Of a stretch of 64,000 nt of DNA, positions 9,195 through 19,620 are shown piece by piece. Made by a program: the position numbers and the translations under genes. The number at the start of each line of letters is the position of its first letter. The first letter of the stretch is position 1. The notes below the pieces were generated by a model. The model made no database searches. It was not told the origin of the DNA and was given only the letters and a program-made list of their open reading frames with translations. Source of the stretch: Bacteroidales bacterium. Lineage in GTDB: Bacteria > Bacteroidota > Bacteroidia > Bacteroidales > UBA1556. The stretch spans positions 258 through 64,257 of the forward strand of contig JAMOQI010000006.1 in NCBI GenBank assembly GCA_027064095.1. The letters are read 5' to 3'.

Positions 9195-12023
9195 TTAATG
9201 TGCGTCTAACCAATTTTTTCCATTATTATAATCCACAACAACTGGCACCTTTAAAGGCATTGCCTTACTCATTAAATCAACTACCAATTCTGTAAGCTCT
9301 TCTTGTTCTGATAATAAACAATCGAATATCAATTCATCATGAACTTGCAAAATCATCTTAGACTTTAAGTTACGCTTTTGCATCTCAGCATAAATATTTA
9401 TCATTGCTATTTTAATCATATCAGCAGATGAACCTTGAATAGGTGCATTTATTGCATTTCTTTCGGCAAAAGCTCTTACAACGGCATTTGAAGAATTAAT
9501 ATCACGAAGATAACGTCGTCTTTTCAGAATTGTTTCAACAAAAGAATGTTCTTTAGCAAAATTTATTTGGGAATCCATATAGGTTTTAATCCCTGGATAT
9601 TGAATAAAATATTGCTCTATTATTTCCTTTGCCTCTTTTCTAGAAACACCTAAATTTTCTGATAGTCCAAAAGCTGATTGTCCATAAATAATACCAAAGT
9701 TTACACTTTTTGCTTTACTCCTCATTTCTTTGGTAACATCTTTCTCATCAACATTATATACTCTTGCAGCCGTAGCAGTGTGAATATCTTTACCTGAAAT
9801 GAAATCGGCAAGCATATTTGCATCTTCGCTCAAATGTGCAATTATCCTTAATTCTATTTGTGAATAATCAGCAGCCAGCAAAGTATGATTATCATCACTA
9901 GCTACAAATGCCTTACGAATTTCCCTTCCTTCAGCAGACCTAATAGGAATATTTTGCAAATTAGGATTATTAGAACTTAATCGTCCAGTTGATGCAACAG
10001 CCTGATTATAAGACGTATGTATTTTGTTTGTACGTGGATTTACCAATTTTGGTAATGAATCTACATATGTACTTTTAAGCTTTGTTAAAGATCTGTATTC
10101 TAAAATAAAACTAATAATTGAATGCTTATTTACTAATTTAACAAGGATTTCTTCTCCCGTCTTATATTGTTTAGTTTTTGTAAGCTTAGGTTTTTCAACA
10201 ATTTTCAATTCTTCAAAAAGAACCACACCTAGTTGTTTTGGTGATGCAATATTAAAACTATGCCCTGCTTGTTCGTATATAGCATTTTCAAGAGAAGTTA
10301 TTTTCTTTCCCAACACTTTAGAATAATTGTTCATTGCATCTACATCTAGCCTAACACCTTGTGTCTCTAATGCTGCCAATACTGACAATAATGGAATTTC
10401 CACCTCTTGATACAACTTTAAAGTATTTGTATCTCTTAACTTTGATAATAATTTTTGTTGCAATTTAAATAAAACATCGCATCTTTGACAAGCATATTCA
10501 GAAGTTAATTCAGTACGAACTTCCCTAAAAGTAAATTTAATAGTCTTCAGTCTTTTATAAGCTTCTGATTTTCTTCCTAAAAGCTCATCCGAAACAATAA
10601 TTTTATAATTTAGAAATACTTCAGCCAGAAGTGATAAATCATGTTTCATATCTGGCTCAATAAGATAATGGGCTAGCATTACATCAAAAAGCTCATTCCT
10701 TACATCCATTTTATACCAACGTAAGATAGAAATTATATATTTTAAATTAAAGCCAATAAGTTGAATATCAATATTATGAAAAAAATCATTAAATAACGAT
10801 AACAACTCTACTCCTTCGTCATAATCGTCTGAAAATGGAATATAATAAGCTTTATTTTCAGAAAATGACAAGGCCATTCCTGCTAATTCAGCTTGGTGAG
10901 GATTGGTATTGGTAGTTATTAAATGTATTGATACTTTCTTTTTAGTAGTGAGAATATTCACCAATCTCTCTATCTCATATTTTTGTTCTATAATTTGATA
11001 ATCAGTGTCTTTATCAGAGAGAACGGATAAAGAAGTCAAACCGGAACTTCCAGGATTACTTTCATCCAAAACAGCAAACATATCTAAAGTTGAATTTAGC
11101 TCACCATTATCCTTCTTGCTTTTACTTTCAGTAGTCTTATTTGAAGTATTTAAATCTGAAAAAATTCTTTTTGCCAGTGTTCGAAATTCTAATTCTTCAA
11201 AAATTTCTTTTAATTTATCATAATCAGGCTCTTGATATTTCAATTCATTTTCATCAAAAGATATCGGAACATCAAGTAAAATAGTCGCTAACTTTTTAGA
11301 AAGCAAACCTTGCTCAGCAAAGTTAATTACATTTTCTTTCATTTTACCTTTTAGGTCGTTAGCATTCTCTATCAAACCTTCAATACTTCCATACTTAGAA
11401 ATTAGATCCTTAGCACGTTTCTCTCCAATTCCCGGAATACCCGGTATATTATCCACAGCATCACCCCAAAGTCCAAGAATATCAATAACTTGCTCTGGAG
11501 TCTCGACGCCAAATTTATCTTGTACTTCTTTGACACCTATTATTTCAGGCTTATTTCCCATTCTAGCCGGCTTATACATAAATATATTTTCACTAACCAA
11601 CTGCATATAATCCTTGTCAGGGGTCATCATAAAAGTTGTAAAGCCTTTCTTTTCAGCCTTTTTAGCCAAAGTTCCGATAATATCATCAGCTTCATAACCA
11701 TCTAATACCAATTTAGGAATATTAAAAGCATCTACAATTTTATCAATATAAGGCAATGACTTCACCAAATCTTCCGGCATAGCCTGACGATTAGCTTTGT
11801 AAGCTTCAAAATCTTTATGTCGTTGAGTGGCAACTTTAGTATCAAAAGCTATACCTATATGTGTTGGTTTATTGGTTTTCAACACTTCATAAAGTGTATT
11901 CGTAAAACCCAACATCGCTGATGTATTTAAGCCTTTAGAATTTATTCTTGGATTTTTACTAAATGCAAAATACGACCTGTAAATCAAGGCCATAGCATCT
12001 AATAAGAAGAGTTTTTTTTCCAT
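9195..12023 (-). CDS. polA: DNA polymerase I
   Basis: 5'-3' exonuclease (LLDAMALIYR, GYEADD, GDAVDNIPG), motif A ADYSQIELR, motif B RSKAKSVNFGIIYG, motif C LQVHDEL. Confidence 0.98.
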   Translation of the reverse strand: MEKKLFLLDAMALIYRSYFAFSKNPRINSKGLNTSAMLGFTNTLYEVLKTNKPTHIGIAFDTKVATQRHKDFEAYKANRQAMPEDLVKSLPYIDKIVDAFNIPKLVLDGYEADDIIGTLAKKAEKKGFTTFMMTPDKDYMQLVSENIFMYKPARMGNKPEIIGVKEVQDKFGVETPEQVIDILGLWGDAVDNIPGIPGIGEKRAKDLISKYGSIEGLIENANDLKGKMKENVINFAEQGLLSKKLATILLDVPISFDENELKYQEPDYDKLKEIFEELEFRTLAKRIFSDLNTSNKTTESKSKKDNGELNSTLDMFAVLDESNPGSSGLTSLSVLSDKDTDYQIIEQKYEIERLVNILTTKKKVSIHLITTNTNPHQAELAGMALSFSENKAYYIPFSDDYDEGVELLSLFNDFFHNIDIQLIGFNLKYIISILRWYKMDVRNELFDVMLAHYLIEPDMKHDLSLLAEVFLNYKIIVSDELLGRKSEAYKRLKTIKFTFREVRTELTSEYACQRCDVLFKLQQKLLSKLRDTNTLKLYQEVEIPLLSVLAALETQGVRLDVDAMNNYSKVLGKKITSLENAIYEQAGHSFNIASPKQLGVVLFEELKIVEKPKLTKTKQYKTGEEILVKLVNKHSIISFILEYRSLTKLKSTYVDSLPKLVNPRTNKIHTSYNQAVASTGRLSSNNPNLQNIPIRSAEGREIRKAFVASDDNHTLLAADYSQIELRIIAHLSEDANMLADFISGKDIHTATAARVYNVDEKDVTKEMRSKAKSVNFGIIYGQSAFGLSENLGVSRKEAKEIIEQYFIQYPGIKTYMDSQINFAKEHSFVETILKRRRYLRDINSSNAVVRAFAERNAINAPIQGSSADMIKIAMINIYAEMQKRNLKSKMILQVHDELIFDCLLSEQEELTELVVDLMSKAMPLKVPVVVDYNNGKNWLDAH

Positions 12024-12175
12024 AATATAATTTATAATAATATGGTGATAAAGGTATACTTTTTTAAGTAAAAAAAATTAAACCATTTTAATCTATCAAA
12101 TTAAATATTATAATAATTATCATATTAATAATTTATTATTAACTTTGTTGATAATTATTGTAATTATTTCAAATT

Positions 12176-13231
12176 ATGAAAAAGATATTACTTTTATTGT
12201 TCGTTCTTACTTCATCAAATATATTTTCACAGATAAATTCCATTGGAGAACTAATAAGAGGAGGAGTTGAGGATGGACAAAAATTAATGAAATCATATCT
12301 ATTTCCATATGAAAAAGCTTTGGGCTATACAGCTGTAGACAATTGCAAGATATATTTATCAAACAATAATGATGATGCTTTCCATCTGGGGATTGGTTTA
12401 AAGGTTAATTCAATTTTTATATCTAAAGAAAATTTAAGTTTTGATGTAAACTCTCTTAACTTAACAAGAATGGAACCTGCAGATAATAATTTTCATATTA
12501 CACCTACCCTATTTGGAGACACAACATCCATTGCTATGAAAAGTAAAGATTCATTTAAGCCTCCATTTAAACCTTCACAAGCTGTTGCTACATTTCAAAC
12601 ACCACAAGGTATTGGTTTTCATGCGTTACCAATGCCGGAATTACAGTTAGCAGCTTCATATAAAAATTCACAAATATTATTATCGGCATATTACTTACCT
12701 TATAAAAACGTTACGTTAATAGGATACAATATAAGTATTAACAGTCAAATATCTTCATATTTTGATTTAACAAAAGATTTCCCTGTACAATTTGATATCT
12801 CAGCTGCTTATGGAGGTTCATATCAAAGAGTAGACCTTGACGTTCAACCTGACGCTATTTTCGAAGCATTTGCAAAGGGGCCTTACGACGATCAAAAGTT
12901 TTTACTTAATTTACAAGGATTTAGTATAGGAATGGGAGCCAATTATAGGATAATAAATTTTACAGTATACTCAAATTTTTATTTCCAAAGTTTTAAATCA
13001 AGAACACAAGTTCTAGGGAACTTTCCCATAAATGTAAAAGACCCTTCGGGCACTTTCGGAGCTAATATTGAAGATGTTACCGACCCAATAGACTATAACA
13101 TAAGTCTAAATAGTTTTAGATTTAATTTTGGGACACAGTATGATTTTCTAAAAATTATGTATGTTAAGATTGACTACTCCATATCTTCGTATAATAGTTT
13201 AGGCATTGCTTTTGGTGTTAAAATATTGTAA
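12176..13231 (+). CDS. DUF6588-like outer-membrane protein
   Basis: Signal peptide, GGVEDGQKLMKSYLFP N-terminus, beta-rich body, C-terminal strand; TAACTTTG promoter box at 12140-12147. Confidence 0.6.
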   Translation: MKKILLLLFVLTSSNIFSQINSIGELIRGGVEDGQKLMKSYLFPYEKALGYTAVDNCKIYLSNNNDDAFHLGIGLKVNSIFISKENLSFDVNSLNLTRMEPADNNFHITPTLFGDTTSIAMKSKDSFKPPFKPSQAVATFQTPQGIGFHALPMPELQLAASYKNSQILLSAYYLPYKNVTLIGYNISINSQISSYFDLTKDFPVQFDISAAYGGSYQRVDLDVQPDAIFEAFAKGPYDDQKFLLNLQGFSIGMGANYRIINFTVYSNFYFQSFKSRTQVLGNFPINVKDPSGTFGANIEDVTDPIDYNISLNSFRFNFGTQYDFLKIMYVKIDYSISSYNSLGIAFGVKIL

Positions 13232-13260
13232 ATAGACACTATTTAAATATAAAATTGTAT

Positions 13261-13268
13261 TACTTTTG
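13261..13268 (+). promoter_or_regulatory. -7 promoter box (TACTTTTG) for ssrA
   Basis: TAnnTTTG match ~52 nt upstream of the tmRNA 5' end; a short hairpin (TTACCCCACT...AGTGGGTAA) follows in the leader. Confidence 0.6.
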
Positions 13269-13319
13269 CATTCCTTCTTAAATCAATATTTACCCCACTA
13301 GCAAAGTGGGTAATAAATT

Positions 13320-13715
13320 GGGGCTGACTGGATTTGACAGCAAGATGAAGAGGTATGTAAGCATGTCGTGCTTTGAGAATTCGCACGTAAATCTTGGTTC
13401 TCAACTTTCAATTGGCGAAAATAATTTTGCTCTTGCTGCTTAATCGAAGTTTAGTAGATTAGCTTTATCCCGAAGCTAGGCTTTGGGACGAGACATCTCT
13501 CGGAAGGTTTAGTTTCACCCCATTCCGATATAGAGGTGCTAGCAATGTGAAACTAGATAAAATGATGTTCGTGCATTTTATCGAAATTTTATCGAACTAA
13601 GAAGTATGTTGGTTGTTTATCGCCGGCATGCTTTCGAAAATCCAAGAATAAACTAAGCATGTAGAAAGCATATTGCTTCCTTGTTTGGACCGGGGTTCGA
13701 TTCCCCGCAGCTCCA
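13320..13715 (+). ncRNA. ssrA: tmRNA; tag peptide (A)GENNFALAA* at 13414-13443
   Basis: 5' GGGGCTGACTGGATTTGAC; 3' T-arm GGGGTTCGATTCCCC and acceptor strand CAGCTCCA with a G3.U pair. The tag ORF ends in ALAA. CCA is not encoded (followed by CTT). Confidence 0.97.
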
Positions 13716-13720
13716 CTTTC

Positions 13721-13760
13721 GAGGGGAAATCATTAATAATGGTTTCCCCTCTTTTATTTT
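13721..13760 (+). terminator. Intrinsic terminator of ssrA
   Basis: GAGGGGAAATCATT-AAT-AATGGTTTCCCCTC followed by TTTTATTTT. Confidence 0.85.
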
Positions 13761-13781
13761 TAGCCTTATATGTTTTTGAAA

Positions 13782-13972
13782 AAGAAGGGTTTAACAAAAA
13801 ACAAGGTGTTGATTTTCTTGTTTCGATAAAGTTGATTTTTTCGGTTATACCTTATTCCACCAGGAAAAAGCAATTTTGGATATTCCCTCTGCTAAAGCAA
13901 GAAATTGAAAATTCAACAAAACAGTCATACTAAGCAATTTATTTTGTTTCGAAAAAATAATAAGCACTTCTT
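13782..13972. repeat. Possible degenerate miniature inverted-repeat element downstream of ssrA
   Basis: Ends AAGAAGGGTTTA / TAAGCACTTCTT are 10/12 complementary; nested internal complementary segments. Single copy in the window. Confidence 0.3.
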
Positions 13973-14161
13973 AACTAGCAAATTAGCGTTGAATTATTAG
14001 GAAATATCAAAAGGCATAAACACCTTGCATCCATACAAAGCTGAAATTAATTAAAAATAAATTTAATAAAATTATTATTAATTGTTGAAATATGTATTTT
14101 TGTGCTTCCTATTTATGGAAGAATAACAAAATTAGGTTATAAATTTATTTACTTAGTATAT

Positions 14162-15256
14162 ATGAAAAGATTATTATTGGCAACAGGAGGTGGAGATTGC
14201 CCTGGATTAAATGCGGTAATACGTGCAATTGTTCATAGAGCATCTCAAGAAAAAGACTGGGAAATTTTAGGAAGTATTCAGGCTTATAATGGTATACTGT
14301 GGGAACCTTCGGAAATAATCGTCTTGGATTTGCAGAAAGTTTCAGGAATTCATTTTCAAGGAGGAACAATTATAGAAACCACAAATAAAGGAGGACCTTT
14401 TCACTGGCCTGTAAAACAAAAAGATGGAAGCTGGATAGAGGTTGACAGGTCAGATGAAATGATTAGAAAGATCCAATATATGGGAATTGACGGTGTTATA
14501 AGTATTGGAGGTGATGGGTCTCAAAGAATATCACAGAATCTTTTTGAGAAAGGATTAAATATTATTGGAGTACCTAAGACTATCGATAATGACCTTTCAT
14601 CCACAGACTCTACTTTTGGTTTTCAAACTGCTGTGCAAATAGCGACAGAATCAGTAGATAAGCTTGTAACTACTGCTGCTAGTCATAATAGAGTATTTGT
14701 AATGGAAGTGATGGGTCGTGATGCAGGTTGGATAACTCTAAATGCAGCAATTGCAGGCGGAGCAGATGTTGCCCTTATTCCAGAATTTGATTATGATATA
14801 GATATCGTAAAAGAGGCTTTAGAGAAACGCTTTCATCACGATAGAGGTTTTGCTGTTGTAGTAATTTCAGAGGGAGCAAAGAAAAAAGGTGGCAAAGTAT
14901 CCACTCAAGATATTGATGAAGTAGGGTATCATAATCCTAAACTTGGAGGTTCAGCCAGCAGACTTATAAATGAATTAAAAGAAGCCGGTTTTAAACATGA
15001 TTTACGAAAAACAGTACTTGGTCACTTACAAAGAGGCGGAGTTCCAACTGCCTACGACAGAGTTCTTTCAGCTCAATTTGGTGTTAAAGCTTTTGAAATG
15101 GCATTAGAAGGTGATTATGGGAAAATGGTATCATATCGACATCCGAATTTTATTTCAGTACCGCTAATTGATGCTATTGCAGAACCTAATCTCGTTACTA
15201 AAGACAATCAATTAGTAATAACAGCTAATGGATTGGGTATAAGCTTAGGAATTTAA
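14162..15256 (+). CDS. pfkA: 6-phosphofructokinase (PfkA family, GGDG/PKTIDND type, probably ATP-dependent)
   Basis: TGGGDCPGLN, IGGDGS, PKTIDND, EVMGR, LGHLQRGG; TATTTTTG promoter box at 14095-14102. Confidence 0.92.
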   Translation: MKRLLLATGGGDCPGLNAVIRAIVHRASQEKDWEILGSIQAYNGILWEPSEIIVLDLQKVSGIHFQGGTIIETTNKGGPFHWPVKQKDGSWIEVDRSDEMIRKIQYMGIDGVISIGGDGSQRISQNLFEKGLNIIGVPKTIDNDLSSTDSTFGFQTAVQIATESVDKLVTTAASHNRVFVMEVMGRDAGWITLNAAIAGGADVALIPEFDYDIDIVKEALEKRFHHDRGFAVVVISEGAKKKGGKVSTQDIDEVGYHNPKLGGSASRLINELKEAGFKHDLRKTVLGHLQRGGVPTAYDRVLSAQFGVKAFEMALEGDYGKMVSYRHPNFISVPLIDAIAEPNLVTKDNQLVITANGLGISLGI

Positions 15257-15319
15257 TATTTCTTCTTCTTTTATCAACTTCCCATTAAACTTTATCTAAA
15301 ATTATTATAGATATTTTTA

Positions 15320-16147
15320 TTAGGAATTGCAAATATTACTAATAACTGACTGCCAGATGAAGTATTCTGAAGGGAATGTTGAAATATCAATTTCATTGGG
15401 AAATATTCCATAAATGGAGGAACCACTCCCACTCATAGATGCATAGACAGCACCTTTAGTATAAAAATTCTCTTTAATTTTATTTAATACATGATTTTTT
15501 ATAAATACTTGTTTTTCAAATACGTTACGCACTTTACCTTTCCAATCACTTAAAGGTATTTTATCAATATTTCTTAAATCTACTTTTGCTTCTTGAGGTG
15601 AAATACCCGAATAGGCTTCCTGAGAAGAAATTGATAATTCAGGCTTAACAATTACAATATAATATCCTGATAAATCAAGTTTTGATGGTTTAAATTCTGT
15701 ACCTGTATTATATGCAAAAACAGGTGTATTTTGTATAAAAAAAGGGCAATCAGAACCTATTTCTGAGGCTATTATTTGAAGTTCAATATCTGTAATTTCC
15801 AAACTAAATTCCTTATTTATCATTTGTAGAACCTTGGCTGCATTTGCAGAACCACCACCTAAACCGGCACCCATAGGTATAGTTTTATGAAGATGTATTT
15901 TTACACCTCCAAAATTATACTTCTGATTAAGCAATTTCCACGCTTTGTAAACTAAATTATCCTCAACCTTTCCTTCTACAATAACACCACTTTGTATAAG
16001 TTCAAAACCATTGTCATTAGGCAATAGTTCAATAATATCAAATAAAGGAATAGGATAAAATATCGATTCTATATTATGGTATCCGTCATCTCTTTTTGAA
16101 ATTATTTCAAGGCCGATATTAATTTTACAATTAGAATAATCTATCAT
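15320..16147 (-). CDS. ispE: 4-diphosphocytidyl-2-C-methyl-D-erythritol kinase
   Basis: CKINIGL, KRDDGYHNIES, IPMGAGLGGGS, IGSDCPFF, MSGSGS. Confidence 0.95.
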   Translation of the reverse strand: MIDYSNCKINIGLEIISKRDDGYHNIESIFYPIPLFDIIELLPNDNGFELIQSGVIVEGKVEDNLVYKAWKLLNQKYNFGGVKIHLHKTIPMGAGLGGGSANAAKVLQMINKEFSLEITDIELQIIASEIGSDCPFFIQNTPVFAYNTGTEFKPSKLDLSGYYIVIVKPELSISSQEAYSGISPQEAKVDLRNIDKIPLSDWKGKVRNVFEKQVFIKNHVLNKIKENFYTKGAVYASMSGSGSSIYGIFPNEIDISTFPSEYFIWQSVISNICNS

Positions 16148-16156
16148 GGCAAAAAA

Positions 16157-16807
16157 TTATGGAATACGCATGTACTTATGACTCTGTATAGATACTTTCC
16201 ATTTAGGATTTTCCAAAGCATAATCTACAATTGTGTGCATTATTTGTTTTGATTTGCTCCATTCGGGCTGCAAAAACAATTTACAATTCTCTCCTACCAA
16301 TGCAGCATTTTTCTCTGCCCATTCAAAATCATTTTCATTTTCAATAATAACTTTTAACTCATCAGCTAAGTCAAGTGACGACTGAAGCGGAATTTTATTT
16401 CTTTTTGGAGAAAGGCATACCCAATCCCAATCACCAGTCATTAAAGAAGATCCGGAAGTTTCAAGATGGGTTTGAAATCCTTTTTCTTTAATAATCTTTG
16501 TAAAATAACTCATATTATAGTTCATAGGCTCACCACCGGTTACCACCACTACCTTAGCCTTACAACTTAGTACATTTTCTATTATTTCATCAGTTGGAAC
16601 AGGAGGATGCAATTTTGCATTCCATGATTCCTTTACATCGCACCAATGGCAACCGACATCACAACCTCCAATTCTAACAAAATATGATGGTAAACCACTA
16701 TGAAAACCCTCACCTTGAATAGTATAAAACGCTTCCATTAAAGGAAGAACCTCACCTTTTACCAACAAACCATTTGTTTGATCATCAATATCTTTAAAGC
16801 CTTTCAA
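16157..16807 (-). CDS. queE: 7-carboxy-7-deazaguanine synthase (radical SAM)
   Basis: EAFYTIQGEG, CxxxCxxC (CDVGCHWC), TGGEP, ETSG, LQPEW, QSHKY. Confidence 0.92.
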   Translation of the reverse strand: MKGFKDIDDQTNGLLVKGEVLPLMEAFYTIQGEGFHSGLPSYFVRIGGCDVGCHWCDVKESWNAKLHPPVPTDEIIENVLSCKAKVVVVTGGEPMNYNMSYFTKIIKEKGFQTHLETSGSSLMTGDWDWVCLSPKRNKIPLQSSLDLADELKVIIENENDFEWAEKNAALVGENCKLFLQPEWSKSKQIMHTIVDYALENPKWKVSIQSHKYMRIP

Positions 16808-16815
16808 AATATAAT

Positions 16816-17700
16816 TTAATTTATTCCACGATTAATTTTAGCAGCTTTTAAAGTATTTGCCAATAAGCCAGCTATAGTCATTGGTCCTACTCCTCCAGGA
16901 ACAGGTGTTATATAAGATGCTTTTTTAGAAACTTCGTCAAATTTCACATCTCCAATTAACTTAAATCCTGACTTAGTTTTTTTAGATGGTACTCTATGAA
17001 TTCCCACATCAATAACCACAGCATCAGGTTTTACCATATCAGCTGTTACAAATTCCGGCTTACCAATTGCTACTATCAAAATATCTGCACTAGCAGCTAT
17101 CTGTTTGATATTCTTAGTTTTACTATGACATAATGTAACTGTAGAATTTCCCGGATTCTTCTTCTGCCCCATCATAATGCTTATTGGAGAACCTACAATA
17201 TTAGAACGACCAAGAACAACACAATGTTTTCCTTCTGTTTCTATATCATATCGTTTCAATAATTCAATAATACCAGCTGGTGTGGCAGGCAAATATGCAT
17301 CTATTCCTAAAGCCATTTTACCAACATTAACAGGATGAAAGCCATCAACATCCTTTGCAGGATCTATACTCTCTATTATTCTTTGTTCATTAATATGTTT
17401 AGGTAATGGCAACTGAACAATAAAACCATCAACTTCTTTATCATTATTTAAAAAATCCACAGTTTGCAAAAGCTCCTCTTCTGTTGTTTTGCTTGGCAAC
17501 CTATATATCGATGAGGTAATACCAACAGATTGACACGCCTTCTCTTTTGCTGAAACATATGTTTGACTAGCAGGATCATCCCCTACTAAGATAGCAACAA
17601 GATGTGGCGCTTCTATCTCATTATCAATCATTTGAACAACGTCTTTTGCAATCTCATCCTTTAAACTTTTTGCTGTCTTTTTACCATCTAATAATACCAT
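16816..17700 (-). CDS. folD: Bifunctional methylenetetrahydrofolate dehydrogenase/cyclohydrolase
   Basis: [41 protein letters not shown] at 17700 is preferred because a TACTTTTG box overlaps the annotated upstream start. Confidence 0.96.
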   Translation of the reverse strand: MVLLDGKKTAKSLKDEIAKDVVQMIDNEIEAPHLVAILVGDDPASQTYVSAKEKACQSVGITSSIYRLPSKTTEEELLQTVDFLNNDKEVDGFIVQLPLPKHINEQRIIESIDPAKDVDGFHPVNVGKMALGIDAYLPATPAGIIELLKRYDIETEGKHCVVLGRSNIVGSPISIMMGQKKNPGNSTVTLCHSKTKNIKQIAASADILIVAIGKPEFVTADMVKPDAVVIDVGIHRVPSKKTKSGFKLIGDVKFDEVSKKASYITPVPGGVGPMTIAGLLANTLKAAKINRGIN

Positions 17701-17845
17701 AATATTATGAATTAATTTAAGCCGCAAAAGTAATCATATTTAACAGAAATAATGCAATATCAATAATAAAATAATTAAGACTAATTACTATTTAAACGGT
17801 ATAATTATTGATATAGATCATAACCTAAATTTAATATTTTTTATT

Positions 17846-18184
17846 ATGAAAAGATTGAGCTTACTATTAATTATTTTCTTCATTAGCATACTAACAACAA
17901 CTGCGCAAAAGGTCTATTCTGTTAATTATGACAGTCAAGCTGATATTAAGGTATTTGTGGTAAAATACGAAAGTCAAGCCGATTTAAAAGTTTACAGAGT
18001 AAAATATGACAGCCAAGCAACAGGAAATAAAGGGTTATGGTTCTTTACAGATTATGATAGTCAAGCACAAAAGAAAATATTCTTTGTGGATTACGAAAGT
18101 CAAGCCGATTTGAAAATATATTTTGTGGAATATGAAAGTCAAGCTGGTTGGAGGAATAAGAATAAAATATATTTAATGTTTTAA
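17846..18184 (+). CDS. Small secreted repeat protein (DUF6150-like)
   Basis: Signal peptide plus six Y(D/E)SQA repeats with K(V/I)(Y/F)xV spacers and GLWFF. Confidence 0.7.
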   Translation: MKRLSLLLIIFFISILTTTAQKVYSVNYDSQADIKVFVVKYESQADLKVYRVKYDSQATGNKGLWFFTDYDSQAQKKIFFVDYESQADLKIYFVEYESQAGWRNKNKIYLMF

Positions 18185-18248
18185 TAAATTATATATTTTA
18201 TAACCAGCAAAATATTCTGCTTATTATCCGTTAAATCAAACAAATAAA

Positions 18249-19343
18249 TTAATCAAAATATAATTCAACCAAAGTAGCACCAACACCGTAATCGGTCATA
18301 CTTGCAGGCCGGTAACTTACATTATCTTTTTCATCAAGTATTTGCTGAATCTCCTCTTTGAGTCTTCCTGTTCCTACACCATGAATAAATACCACCTTCT
18401 TGAATTTATGGTCGATAGCACTTTGCAAACATTTATCAAAATACCCTAACTGAATATTTAGCATTTCTGAATTTGTAAGCCTAGAGTGGTCGTCAATTAA
18501 TTCCCAAATATGCATATCTACAACAGCTTCATACTTACCGGTTTTATGTTTAAGGATTGCATCATTTTTAACATAAGCCTTTGCTTTAGTTATATGATTT
18601 TCAATATCTTCAGCAATACTTAATTGATTAATAACAGGAATATTTCTAAATTTAAATAGCTCATAAATAATTGCTTTCTGATGTAAAGTTTTAACATCAA
18701 TATATGATGTCTCTTTATAGAACTTACTTCCTCTAATTTGCATATCAGCACTTATAGGTGCTTGAATCTGCTTGCTTTGATGATTTAAAACAAGAACTTG
18801 TATATGAGCAGCAAGAAAAGAATCTAATTCTTCTCGAGAGATGCTTGTAATAAAATACTTTGAAAAAGCCGGCACTTTACCGGAACATACCAAATTATAA
18901 GCTTCTCCATTTTGATTATGAATACTAAATAATGCATCATTAGCTGAATAATTCATCAAATATATAAACAATTCGCCAGTAACAGGCATATTTTGTTGAT
19001 CAGGAACAAAAGCTATATTCATTTGATACTTATCAGGATTCCTATCTGACGGATACACTATTAAAGAACTAACTACAGAATTGTCTTCGTGAATATTATC
19101 ATCTAAAGGATCATTATTCTCTTGAATAATCTCTTCCTTTTCTTTAACATTATCAAAACCATCAGCAAATAATTTTTCAGCAGGTGTATTTGAGCTCACC
19201 AAAATAATATCTCTGGTTAAAGTCGGAACTTCAAAACCATCTTCAGTTTCCACATTAACCAAATTAGGACCAACAATTTTTCGAATTATTCCTCCTCCAC
19301 TTTCCGTTAAAAACTTAACTCTATCTCCTACATTATATTTCAT
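18249..19343 (-). CDS. DUF2027/Smr domain protein
   Basis: N-terminal VGDRVKFL..GGG..EDGFEVP; C-terminal Smr VDMHI...FIHGVGTGRLK...YGVGAT. Confidence 0.88.
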   Translation of the reverse strand: MKYNVGDRVKFLTESGGGIIRKIVGPNLVNVETEDGFEVPTLTRDIILVSSNTPAEKLFADGFDNVKEKEEIIQENNDPLDDNIHEDNSVVSSLIVYPSDRNPDKYQMNIAFVPDQQNMPVTGELFIYLMNYSANDALFSIHNQNGEAYNLVCSGKVPAFSKYFITSISREELDSFLAAHIQVLVLNHQSKQIQAPISADMQIRGSKFYKETSYIDVKTLHQKAIIYELFKFRNIPVINQLSIAEDIENHITKAKAYVKNDAILKHKTGKYEAVVDMHIWELIDDHSRLTNSEMLNIQLGYFDKCLQSAIDHKFKKVVFIHGVGTGRLKEEIQQILDEKDNVSYRPASMTDYGVGATLVELYFD

Positions 19344-19416
19344 AGTTCGGTATTTATATTTTGACAACAATAATATGCAAAGATAATAATGATTATAAGG
19401 GATAAAACATTTTTAA

Positions 19417-19620
19417 CCCTGATTATTCACAATTAATCCTGACAATTAAGTAAACCTAACAACCTCAGTTCGACATAAGATTTCACTCACAAAAAGCCAA
19501 TAGTTCATTAGATTTATTGCTAAAATCACTAAATTTTTTCGGGATGTATTTTCCACATTACACCCCACTATTCATTGCTTATTCATACAATTTGCTTTGC
19601 TTTTGTATTAATAATGCGGA
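19417..19620 (+). mobile_element. MITE-like repeat, copy A (TTAA-flanked)
   Basis: TTAA|CCCTGATTATTCA...TTAATAATGCGGA|TTAA; homologous to copies at 26597, 30220, 37804 and 60702. Confidence 0.75.

Noticed and set aside
13597-13933. ORFs 13597-13797 (-) and 13673-13933 (+)
   Set aside because: They overlap the tmRNA 3' end and its terminator, so they are spurious.
13716-14100. Genomic island or prophage integrated at ssrA
   Set aside because: No integrase and no duplicated tmRNA 3' end in the window; the housekeeping gene pfkA follows directly.
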